55,074 bases of DNA from contig CANJOT010000001.1 in NCBI GenBank assembly GCA_947475815.1, positions 1-55,074 of the forward strand, given 5' to 3'. This document shows positions 31,444 through 39,876 of this stretch, piece after piece. The notes under the pieces are model-generated. The model searched no databases and had not been told where the DNA came from. It worked only from the letters and a program-made list of their open reading frames with translations. Numbering within the stretch: the first letter of the stretch is position 1; every line of letters begins with the position of its first letter. The position numbers were made by a program, and so were the translations under genes. The stretch comes from Burkholderiales bacterium. Its GTDB lineage: Bacteria; Pseudomonadota; Gammaproteobacteria; Burkholderiales; Burkholderiaceae_D.

Positions 31444-33483
31444 GTGTTCAAAAAAATTCTGATCGCCAATCGTGGTGAAATCGCCTGCCGGGTTGCTGCC
31501 ACCGCGCGGCGTTTTGGCGTGCGCACCGTGGCCGTGTATTCCGACGCCGACGCGCGCGCCAAACATGTCGCCGTGTGTGATGAGGCCCTTCATCTGGGCG
31601 CCGCACCGGCCGCGCAAAGCTACCTGCTGGGCGAAAAAATCATCACCGCAGCGCTGGCCAGCGGTGCCGAGGCGATCCACCCGGGTTACGGCTTCCTGTC
31701 GGAGAACGCCGAGTTTGCCGAGGCCTGCGAAACCGCCGGTCTGGTCCTGATCGGGCCGCCTGCTTCGGCCATGCGCGCCATGGGCAGCAAGTCGGCCGCC
31801 AAAACCCTGATGGAGTCGGCGCGCGTGCCGCTCGTGCCGGGCTATCACGGCAGCAATCAGGAGCCGATTTTTCTGCGCGGCGAAGCGACGCGCATTGGCT
31901 ATCCGGTGCTCATCAAGGCTTCGGCCGGGGGGGGCGGCAAAGGCATGCGCATCGTGCAGAGCGCTGCCGAGTTTGATGCTGCGCTGGCCTCCTGCAAGCG
32001 CGAGGCGCTGTCTTCGTTCCGGGATGATCAGGTGCTCATCGAACGCTATCTGACGCGGCCGCGCCACATTGAAATCCAGGTGTTTGCCGACCGCCACGGC
32101 AACTGTGTGTATCTGCACGAACGCGACTGTTCGGTGCAGCGCCGCCATCAGAAAGTGCTCGAAGAAGCCCCGGCGCCGGGCATGAGCGCGCAGCGCCGGC
32201 GTGCCATGGGCGAGGCGGCTGTGGCTGCCGCGCTGGCGGTCAATTATGTGGGTGCCGGTACGGTCGAGTTCATCGCCGAAGCGGGCCCCGGTGGCGAGGC
32301 CGGCGAATTCTTTTTCATGGAAATGAATACCCGCCTGCAGGTCGAACATCCGGTCACCGAAATGATCACCGGTTATGACCTGGTGGAGTGGCAGTTGCGC
32401 GTCGCGGCCGGTGAGCCGCTGCCGGCCACGCAAGATCAGCTGCTCATCCATGGCCATGCCCTCGAAGCGCGCATCTACGCCGAGAACCCGGACAAGAATT
32501 TCTTTCCGTCCACCGGCACCCTGCAGCATCTGCGCCTGCCGGCCGCGGTCGAGTTTGATCGGGGCATGCACGAAGGCACGCCGGCCGCGGTGCGCATCGA
32601 CAGCGGCATCCGCGCAGGCGACCCGATTACGCCGTTCTACGATCCGATGATCGCCAAGCTGATTGTCTGGGGCGCTGACCGCGAGCAGGCCCTGGCGCGC
32701 ATGCGTGCCGCGCTGGCGGCCACGCAAATCGTCGGCCTGTCGACTAACGTCGCCTTCCTGGCGCGCCTGATGAACGACACGGCGTTTGCGGGCGGGGATT
32801 TTGATACCGGCCTGATCGAGCGCCATCGTGCCACGCTGCTGCCGGCGGCGCAGGCGCCCACCGCAGACATGCTGGTGCTGGCCACGGCCGCCATGCTACG
32901 CGCGGAATCGCATGACGGCCAGACCGATCCCTGGGGTCAGGCCAGCGGCTGGCGCCTGAATCAGGCCTACCGTCGGGTCATGAAGTTCACGGCTGCTGGC
33001 GGCCCCGGCGAGGTCACGGTGTTTTATGCCCGCGAGGGCCTCAGGCTGGCCGTTGGTGCCGCGCCCGCCGAAACGCTGGCGATCGATCCGCCGGGCGCAC
33101 AGGCGAGCACATTGCGCCTGATGTGGGGTACGCAGGCGCTCGCCGGCGATGTCGTGTCCGATGGTGAAAACCTCGAAGTGTTCAGCGCCGGCCGTCACGT
33201 CGTGCTGACCCTGAGCAACCCGCTGGCCCATGCCGGTGAACACGAAGTCGACGATGCGCGCCTGACCGCCCCCATGCCCGGCAAGATCGTGTCGGTGCTG
33301 GTCAAGAACGGTGAGCGCGTCGCCAAGGGCGCGTCGCTACTGGTGATGGAAGCCATGAAGATGGAACACACCGTGTACGCGCCCGACGATGGCGTGGTCG
33401 AGGAAGTCCTGTTTGCCGTTGGCGATCAGGTGACCGAGGGGGCGCAGCTGATCAGTTTCGCGCAGCCAGCCGCCAAGGCCTGA
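31444..33483 (+). CDS. liuD: Methylcrotonyl-CoA carboxylase, biotin-carboxylase/BCCP (alpha) subunit
   Basis: FKKILIANRGEIACRV, EMNTRLQVEHPVTE, and C-terminal biotinylation motif EAMKMEH. GTG start at 31444 with AGGAG at 31434-31438. Confidence 0.9.
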   Translation: MFKKILIANRGEIACRVAATARRFGVRTVAVYSDADARAKHVAVCDEALHLGAAPAAQSYLLGEKIITAALASGAEAIHPGYGFLSENAEFAEACETAGLVLIGPPASAMRAMGSKSAAKTLMESARVPLVPGYHGSNQEPIFLRGEATRIGYPVLIKASAGGGGKGMRIVQSAAEFDAALASCKREALSSFRDDQVLIERYLTRPRHIEIQVFADRHGNCVYLHERDCSVQRRHQKVLEEAPAPGMSAQRRRAMGEAAVAAALAVNYVGAGTVEFIAEAGPGGEAGEFFFMEMNTRLQVEHPVTEMITGYDLVEWQLRVAAGEPLPATQDQLLIHGHALEARIYAENPDKNFFPSTGTLQHLRLPAAVEFDRGMHEGTPAAVRIDSGIRAGDPITPFYDPMIAKLIVWGADREQALARMRAALAATQIVGLSTNVAFLARLMNDTAFAGGDFDTGLIERHRATLLPAAQAPTADMLVLATAAMLRAESHDGQTDPWGQASGWRLNQAYRRVMKFTAAGGPGEVTVFYAREGLRLAVGAAPAETLAIDPPGAQASTLRLMWGTQALAGDVVSDGENLEVFSAGRHVVLTLSNPLAHAGEHEVDDARLTAPMPGKIVSVLVKNGERVAKGASLLVMEAMKMEHTVYAPDDGVVEEVLFAVGDQVTEGAQLISFAQPAAKA

Positions 33484-33594
33484 GAGCCGCTTTGCCCGAG
33501 CGCTACCGGCCCTGCTGACCGGCGAAATCAGGCTGCGGGTGGCGGCTCATCCTTCGATTCCAGCGCGCCGCTTTTCGTGCTCGTCCGGTGACGC

Positions 33595-34575
33595 TTATTC
33601 CGGCTGGATGCCTGCCGCCGCAATCACTTTTTTCCACTTATCGTGTTCGGTGATCTGGAAACGCATCAGCTGGTCCGAGGTGGTGGGAAAGGGAATGCTG
33701 CCGGCGTTGGTGAGATATTCCTTCACCTTGGGCCGGTTGAGTGCGGCGACAAACAATTCGTTGGCACGGCTGACGACGTCGCGTGGTGTGCTTTCCGGCA
33801 TCCATGCCGCCAGCCAGAACGACCAGTCGTAACCGGCCACACCGGCTTCCTGCATGGTCGGCACCTCGGGCTGACCGGGCCAGCGTTGTGTGCTGGAGAC
33901 GGCCAGCGCGCGCAGCTTGCCGGCGTTGACCTGCGGCACGGCTTCACCAAGGTTGATGATGAGCAGGTCGATGCGCCCGCCGATCAGGTCGGTGGCGGCC
34001 TGCGGCGTGGTTTTGTAGGGCACGTGCAAAATTTTCGCGCCCGACAACATCTTGTAGAGCTCGACGGCGGCGCGGCTCGAGGTACTGGCCGAACCATAGG
34101 TCAGTTTGTCCGGATCCTTTTTCGCCATGGCCGTCAGCTCGGCGATGTTTTTTGCCGGCACCGAGGGATGCACCACCGCCATCAGAATGCCCTTCGAGAT
34201 GCCGCTCACCGGCACGAAATCCTTGACGTAGTCGTAGGGCAGTTTTTTGTACAGGCTCTGGTTGGCGGCGTGCGTTGAATTGGTACCGACCAGTATGGTG
34301 TAGCCATCGCCCGGCGCCTGCGCGACGTATTGCGCGGCGAGAATGCCATTGGCGCCGGCCTTGGTTTCAATGATGACCGGCTGTTTGGTCATCTCGGCGA
34401 TTTCCGCGCCGACGATGCGCGCGGTGTTTTCCGGAAAACCGGCGCCCATGGCGATCAGTCGGATCGGTTTGGCAGGCCAGGCCTGGGCGCTCGCCGTCGT
34501 GGCCAGTACGAGTGTGGCCAGTACGAGCGCGGCCAAGGCCACGCCCATCCGCAGGATGGGTTTTACTGCTTGCAT
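33595..34575 (-). CDS. Bug-family (TctC-like) tripartite tricarboxylate transporter substrate-binding protein
   Basis: Signal peptide then AWPAKPIRLIA and the Bug fold pattern. 326 aa. Confidence 0.85.
   Translation of the reverse strand: MQAVKPILRMGVALAALVLATLVLATTASAQAWPAKPIRLIAMGAGFPENTARIVGAEIAEMTKQPVIIETKAGANGILAAQYVAQAPGDGYTILVGTNSTHAANQSLYKKLPYDYVKDFVPVSGISKGILMAVVHPSVPAKNIAELTAMAKKDPDKLTYGSASTSSRAAVELYKMLSGAKILHVPYKTTPQAATDLIGGRIDLLIINLGEAVPQVNAGKLRALAVSSTQRWPGQPEVPTMQEAGVAGYDWSFWLAAWMPESTPRDVVSRANELFVAALNRPKVKEYLTNAGSIPFPTTSDQLMRFQITEHDKWKKVIAAAGIQPE
34499..34528 (-). repeat. 15-bp in-frame tandem duplication inside the TctC signal-peptide coding region (encodes LVLAT-LVLAT)
   Basis: GTGGCCAGTACGAGT (34499-34513) and GTGGCCAGTACGAGC (34514-28) match at 14 of 15 positions. 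Confidence 0.7.
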
Positions 34576-34624
34576 GCTGGTCTCCTCCGCGGGGCGGATA
34601 TTGTTTTGCTGCGTTCGTGCTGCC

Positions 34625-35752
34625 TTATTTCACTGTGTAGCGCTCAATCGCCGCGTGATTGAGCTCCAGCCCCAGACCGGGCTTTTCACCCAGCTTGAGC
34701 ATGCCGTTTTTCGGCGTGGGCGGGTCGACGAAAATCGCATCCAGCCAGGGCATGAATTCAATCCACGCGCCACAGCGTACCGCCGCCAGCAGATGCATGT
34801 GCACATGGGCGTGCGAATGCGCCGACAGTGGCAGATTGTGACCCTCGATGGCATTGGCCGCCTTGAGCCAGGGCGTGATGCCGCCCAGGTGTGCGACATC
34901 AAGAATCGCGTGGTCGATGCTGGGCACCAGGGTTTCGATCTGTGCCAGACGCGAGATGCGTTCGCCGGCGGCAATCGGCAGGGCCTGCTCGGCGCGCACC
35001 TTGGCCAGGCCGGCGAAGTCGCCTTCCCGCACGGGTTCTTCCAGCCAGGTATAACCGAGCTCACCCAGACCGCGCGCGATCTTCACGGCTTCGATTGCCG
35101 TCATGCTCCAGAGCGCATCAACCATGATGTTGATGTCCGGTCCAACCGTCTCGCGCACCAGCCGGGCGCGTGCCATGTCTTCGGCATAGGGCCGGCTGCC
35201 CATGCGCAGCTTCATGCCCTTGTAGCCCTGCTCGACGATTTTGGCCGCGTCGATTTCCAGCCGAGCCGAATCGTGGTGGCGCCACAGCGCCCAGCTGGCG
35301 TAAGCCGGTACTTCGTCGCGGTAGCCACCCAGCAGACGCCACAGCGGCATGCCGGCCAGTTTGCCAGCCAGGTCCCAGAGGGCGATGTCGATGGCCGACA
35401 GGGCCAGATTGGTCGCGCCATCATGCAGCAGGTCGACCGTCATGTTCCACATGCGCTCGAACAGGAAGTTGCGGCGCGTCGCGTCCTGGCCCTTGAGGGC
35501 GGGTTCGAGTTCGGTAATGATGCCTTGTACCGCGCGCACCAGACGCACACTTTCGATCGAGGCATAACCAAAGCCAACGGCACCATCGGCCGTGTGCACC
35601 TGTACGATCAGCGTGGCTTTTTGCGTGCGCGCACCCATGAAGGGGTGTTTGATCGGCTCTTCGAGCGGCAGGGCCACCAGCTGCGTGCTGATGTGGCTGA
35701 TGGCGCGGCCCTTGCTGCCATTCTGGTCGGCGCCGAGGTCGTGCGCGCTCAT
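34625..35752 (-). CDS. Mandelate racemase/muconate lactonizing enzyme (enolase superfamily) protein
   Basis: KLRMG, metal-ligand contexts IMVDALW, WLEEP and IAAGE. The start ATG overlaps the TauD stop codon (ATGA). Confidence 0.8.
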   Translation of the reverse strand: MSAHDLGADQNGSKGRAISHISTQLVALPLEEPIKHPFMGARTQKATLIVQVHTADGAVGFGYASIESVRLVRAVQGIITELEPALKGQDATRRNFLFERMWNMTVDLLHDGATNLALSAIDIALWDLAGKLAGMPLWRLLGGYRDEVPAYASWALWRHHDSARLEIDAAKIVEQGYKGMKLRMGSRPYAEDMARARLVRETVGPDINIMVDALWSMTAIEAVKIARGLGELGYTWLEEPVREGDFAGLAKVRAEQALPIAAGERISRLAQIETLVPSIDHAILDVAHLGGITPWLKAANAIEGHNLPLSAHSHAHVHMHLLAAVRCGAWIEFMPWLDAIFVDPPTPKNGMLKLGEKPGLGLELNHAAIERYTVK

Positions 35753-36642
35753 GCGGCCACCAGGCTGGCGAGGGTGGTGCGGTGCATGGTGCGATGCAGG
35801 GGCAGATCGAAATCGCCCGTCGCCTTGTGGATGCAGCTGATGTTGTCCCACATCACCATATCGCCGACGGCCCAGACGTGGCGGTAGATGAACTGGGGCT
35901 GCAGGATGTGGCGGCGTACCTCATCGAGCAGGGCCATCGATTCTTCCGGACTCAGGCCAACGACGTGGTCGATCGCTTCTTCCGCGTAGTAGATGCTCTT
36001 GCGGCCGGTGCGCGGGTGCACCTTGACCATCGGGTGCTGCTGGAATACTTCCTTGGGGCGCTGCTGCATGCGTTCCTTGACGGAGTCGGTGTAGTCGCCG
36101 GTCACGGGGTCTTTCGGTGTGCGCGCCATGCGCGCCTTGAAATACGCCTCGGAACTGAACACCGCAGTGCGTCCTTCGATCCGCTGGCGCAGGTCGTCGG
36201 GCAGGGCGTCGTAGGCGGCGGCGGTGCTGGCGAAGTAGGTGTCGCCCTTGGGCACGCCGTTGTCGACCGGCACTTCGATGGCATAGAGGATGGAGCCGCG
36301 CGGCGGATTGGCGGTCACCCACATGTCGGTATGCCAATAGCGGCCGGCGTCGGCCAGACCCGTGGCCTTGCCTTCCTTGAGCACGTTGGAGACGACAAAA
36401 ATCTCCGGATGCGTCCGCATGTTGTAGCGGTCAACCACGTACTGGGTCAGCTTGCCAAAGCGTTTTGAAAACGCGATCTGCTGGTCGGGGGTCAGGTTTT
36501 GACCGCGAAACAGCACCACGCCATAACGATCGTAGGCGGCCTCGATCTCGGCAAAGACGTCGTCGCTGATCGGCTGCGACAGATCAATACCGCGAATTTC
36601 GTGGCCGAGCGGGGCATCGGCGTAGTGGATATCGATGGTCAT
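35749..36642 (-). CDS. TauD/TfdA-family Fe(II)/2-oxoglutarate-dependent dioxygenase
   Basis: GVVLFRGQNLTPDQQIAFSKRFG, and an HxD iron motif in RYWHTDMW. 297 aa. Confidence 0.8.
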   Translation of the reverse strand: MTIDIHYADAPLGHEIRGIDLSQPISDDVFAEIEAAYDRYGVVLFRGQNLTPDQQIAFSKRFGKLTQYVVDRYNMRTHPEIFVVSNVLKEGKATGLADAGRYWHTDMWVTANPPRGSILYAIEVPVDNGVPKGDTYFASTAAAYDALPDDLRQRIEGRTAVFSSEAYFKARMARTPKDPVTGDYTDSVKERMQQRPKEVFQQHPMVKVHPRTGRKSIYYAEEAIDHVVGLSPEESMALLDEVRRHILQPQFIYRHVWAVGDMVMWDNISCIHKATGDFDLPLHRTMHRTTLASLVAA

Positions 36643-36712
36643 GGGTCATCCTGTTTTCTTGTTGTGTCTGTTCTGCTGCATGTCAGAAGCGCAGTGCCTT
36701 TTTATAGCGCTT

Positions 36713-36758
36713 ATTATCTCACTCATTTTCCCACGAATTTTCCCACTTATTGTCCCGC
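36713..36758. repeat. Four direct repeats phased every 12 bp (ATTATCTCAC / ATTTTCCCAC / ATTTTCCCAC / ATTGTCCCGC) in the TauD-thiolase divergent intergenic region
   Basis: Units start at 36713, 36725, 36737 and 36749. The two central units are identical. Confidence 0.6.
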
Positions 36759-36892
36759 GTCTGATCAGCCATCACGCATTGGTACTAACCCTAGTAAATC
36801 TGCATTGTGGATTCCAACGACGGGCCGCCAGTGGTTTCGGTACACTTGAAGTGTTTGCTTGTTCCCCATTTTTTCTGAAGCTAGGAATCATC

Positions 36893-38083
36893 ATGTCTAC
36901 TGCTCACGATCCGGTCGTCATCGTTGCCGCCAAACGTACCCCGATAGGGTCCTTTCAGGGCCAGTTTGCCGCCGTGCCCGCGCCGCAGCTTGGTGCTGCG
37001 GCCATTCGCGCCGCGCTCGGCGCCGCCGGCATCGACGGCACGGCCATTGATGAAGTGCTCATGGGCTGCGTGTTACCGGCCGGTATGGGGCAGGCGCCGG
37101 CGCGCCAGGCAGCGCTGGGCGCCGGTCTGCCGGCCAGCGTGACCTGCACCACCATCAGCAAGGTGTGCGGCTCGGGCATGCGCAGCGTCATGGTGGCGCA
37201 CGACATGCTGGTGGCCGGTTCGGCCGAGGTCGTGGTGGCCGGCGGCATGGAGTCGATGACCAACGCGCCCTACATGTTGCCCAAGGCACGCGAAGGTTAT
37301 CGCCTCGGTCACGGCCAGTTGCTCGACCACATGTTTTTTGACGGTCTGCAGGATGCCTACGAAGGCAATCTGATGGGTACCTACGCCGAAAGCGCCGTGG
37401 CGACTTACGGTTTTACCCGTGCCCAGCAGGATGCCTACACCATCACCTCGGTCGAGCGTGCCCAGCGTGCCGTCGCTGATGGTTCGTTTGTCGACGAGAT
37501 CGGTCCGGTGACGGTCAAGGGCCGCAAGGGTGAGCAGGTCATCACGGTCGACGAAACGCCGGGCAAGTGTGACATCAGCAAGATCCCTGGCCTCAAGCCG
37601 GCCTTTCAGAAAGACGGCACGGTCACGCCGGCCAATTCTTCCTCGATTTCCGACGGCGCTGCGGCACTGGTATTGATGCGTGCCTCGCTGGCCGCCAAAC
37701 GCGGTCTCAAGCCGCTGGCCACGATCCGCGGTCACGCCGGCTATGCCAACACGCCCGGCCTGTTCACGACCGCGCCGGTCGGGGCCATCCGCAAACTCAT
37801 GGAGCGCGTTGGCTGGAGTACGGCCGATGTCGACCTGTATGAAATCAACGAGGCCTTCGCTTGCGTGACGATGATCGCACTGCACGATCTGGGTATCGCG
37901 CATGACAAGGTCAATGTCAACGGCGGCGCAGTTGCACTCGGCCATCCGATTGGCGCCAGCGGCGCGCGCATTCTCGTGACCCTGCTGCATGCGCTGCGCC
38001 GGCGGGGTCTCAAGCGCGGTGTGGCCAGCCTGTGCATCGGTGGCGGCGAAGCGACGGCCATGGCCATCGAACTGAACGACTGA
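36893..38083 (+). CDS. Acetyl-CoA C-acetyltransferase / 3-ketoacyl-CoA thiolase
   Basis: VVIVAAKRTPIGSFQG, active-site KVCGSGMRS, NGGAVALGHPIGASGAR and CIGGGEA. Confidence 0.9.
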   Translation: MSTAHDPVVIVAAKRTPIGSFQGQFAAVPAPQLGAAAIRAALGAAGIDGTAIDEVLMGCVLPAGMGQAPARQAALGAGLPASVTCTTISKVCGSGMRSVMVAHDMLVAGSAEVVVAGGMESMTNAPYMLPKAREGYRLGHGQLLDHMFFDGLQDAYEGNLMGTYAESAVATYGFTRAQQDAYTITSVERAQRAVADGSFVDEIGPVTVKGRKGEQVITVDETPGKCDISKIPGLKPAFQKDGTVTPANSSSISDGAAALVLMRASLAAKRGLKPLATIRGHAGYANTPGLFTTAPVGAIRKLMERVGWSTADVDLYEINEAFACVTMIALHDLGIAHDKVNVNGGAVALGHPIGASGARILVTLLHALRRRGLKRGVASLCIGGGEATAMAIELND

Positions 38084-38162
38084 GCCCGGCGCCGCCTCAT
38101 TACAATTAACCCGCGGGGATCGCTCCCCGCCGACCAACACGCGCAAAGCGGGGAGACAGGAA

Positions 38163-39800
38163 TTGAAAACCATCAACGTGCCGGTGCTCGTCATCGGCGC
38201 CGGACCAATTGGTCTGGCCATGGGGCTGGATCTGGGCTGGCGCAATATCGGCTGCCTGATCCTCGACCGCGAAGCCGAGCCGGATGCCGCCATCAACGCC
38301 CATCCGCGCGCCGCCGCGGTCACACCACGCACGATGGAATTCTGCCGTCGCTGGGGTGTGTCGCAGGATGTGCATAACTCCGGCTTTCCCTTCGACTTCA
38401 CGCCCAATATCGTTTATTGCCTGGACATGCAGGGACCGACCGTGACCGTGCAGGAATTCGATCCGATCGCCACGCGCCAGCTCACGCCCTTCAGCCCGGA
38501 ACTGCGCCATCGTTGTCCGCAGATGTGGTTCGATCCGATCCTCGAACGTGGTCTGGCGAAGTACCCGAGCGTCAGTCTGCGCCGGCCGTGGGTGATGGAC
38601 GATTTCGAAGACCGCGGCGAGGCCGGGCTGGTCGCGCAGGTCACCGATCTGACCAATGGTGAAAAAATCGAAGTGCACTGCCAGTACATGATTGGCGCCG
38701 ACGGCGGCAACAGCGGTGTGCGGGAACGGCTCGGTATTCGCACCGAGGGCGATGGCCTGTTGAGCTATTCGATCAACGCCATCCTCAATATTCCCAACTT
38801 TCTGAGCACGCACAACAAGGGTGCTGCCGAGCGGTATATGTTCCTTGATCACCGTGGTGTCTGGTCGGAGCTGACGGTCATCGACGGCCGCGACCGCTGG
38901 CGCCTTGGGTATGCCGGTTCGCCGTCCGAGTCGGACCGCGCCAGCGTCGACATGTCCGCCATGATCCGTCGTGTGCTCGGACCCGATGTGCCCTACGAAA
39001 TCGTCGCCCTGACGCCGTGGAAGCGCCGCGAACAGATGGCTGCGCAGTTCCGCAAGGGCCGCGTGTTTCTGGCCGGTGATGCGGCGCACGCCATTCCACC
39101 CAATCTGGGCATGGGCATGAACACCGGGCTGGGGGATGTCATGGGCCTGGGCTGGAAGCTCGAGGCCGTGCTCAATGGCTGGGCCGGTCCGGGCCTGCTC
39201 GACACCTACGAAACCGAACGCAAACCGGTGGCCGTGCACAACGGCGCCACCTCGACGCGCACCTACCGGCGCTGGATGACGGCCATACCCGATTACAGCG
39301 ACATCGGTGCGCCGGATGAAAAGGGTGAGCAGGCGCGTGCCCGCGCCGCTGCGCACATCAACGCCACGCTGAGCGATGGCTGGGACACGCTCGGTTTCCA
39401 GATTGGCTACCGCTACGACGATTCGCCGATCTGCATTGACGATGGCTCGCCCGTGCCGCCGGTCAATACCAGCGCGCGCCTGCGGCCGTTTACGCCCACG
39501 GCCCGGCCCGGCGCGACCGCGCCGCATGCCTGGCTCAAGGATGGCCGTTCGATTCTTGATCTGTTTGGCCGCGGGTTTGTGCTGCTCAATTTCGGCGGTG
39601 AGGGCGATGTGAGCGCGTTCAGTGCCGCGGCGCATCAGCGTGGTGTGCCGTTTTCGGTGGTTGATATTGATCAGCCGGAGATCGCTGCCCTGTACGAAAA
39701 TCGCTACGTACTCGTGCGCCCCGATAACCATGTAGCATGGCGCAGTGATACGCTCCCGCAGGATGCGCTGGCCGTGATCGACCGGGTGCGCGGCGCCTGA
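38163..39800 (+). CDS. FAD-dependent aromatic monooxygenase (PheA/TfdB/MhpA-type), paralogue 2
   Basis: Collinear with 6295-7926 (GAGPIGL, LAGDAAH, GMNTGLGD, same C-terminus IDRVRGA). TTG start with GGGAGA RBS. Confidence 0.8.
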   Translation: MKTINVPVLVIGAGPIGLAMGLDLGWRNIGCLILDREAEPDAAINAHPRAAAVTPRTMEFCRRWGVSQDVHNSGFPFDFTPNIVYCLDMQGPTVTVQEFDPIATRQLTPFSPELRHRCPQMWFDPILERGLAKYPSVSLRRPWVMDDFEDRGEAGLVAQVTDLTNGEKIEVHCQYMIGADGGNSGVRERLGIRTEGDGLLSYSINAILNIPNFLSTHNKGAAERYMFLDHRGVWSELTVIDGRDRWRLGYAGSPSESDRASVDMSAMIRRVLGPDVPYEIVALTPWKRREQMAAQFRKGRVFLAGDAAHAIPPNLGMGMNTGLGDVMGLGWKLEAVLNGWAGPGLLDTYETERKPVAVHNGATSTRTYRRWMTAIPDYSDIGAPDEKGEQARARAAAHINATLSDGWDTLGFQIGYRYDDSPICIDDGSPVPPVNTSARLRPFTPTARPGATAPHAWLKDGRSILDLFGRGFVLLNFGGEGDVSAFSAAAHQRGVPFSVVDIDQPEIAALYENRYVLVRPDNHVAWRSDTLPQDALAVIDRVRGA

Positions 39801-39876
39801 CGGATTGAGCTTGCATTGCCAGCCGCGGCAGCACAGCGCCGCGGCCAATAAAAATTCATCAAACGAAGGAGACAAC

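Noticed and set aside
38113-38130. GC-rich hairpin GCGGGGA-TCGC-TCCCCGC after the thiolase stop, considered as an intrinsic terminator.
   Set aside because: No U-tract follows it. The next gene starts 33 nt downstream on the same strand, so it is more likely an mRNA structural element or chance palindrome than a terminator.
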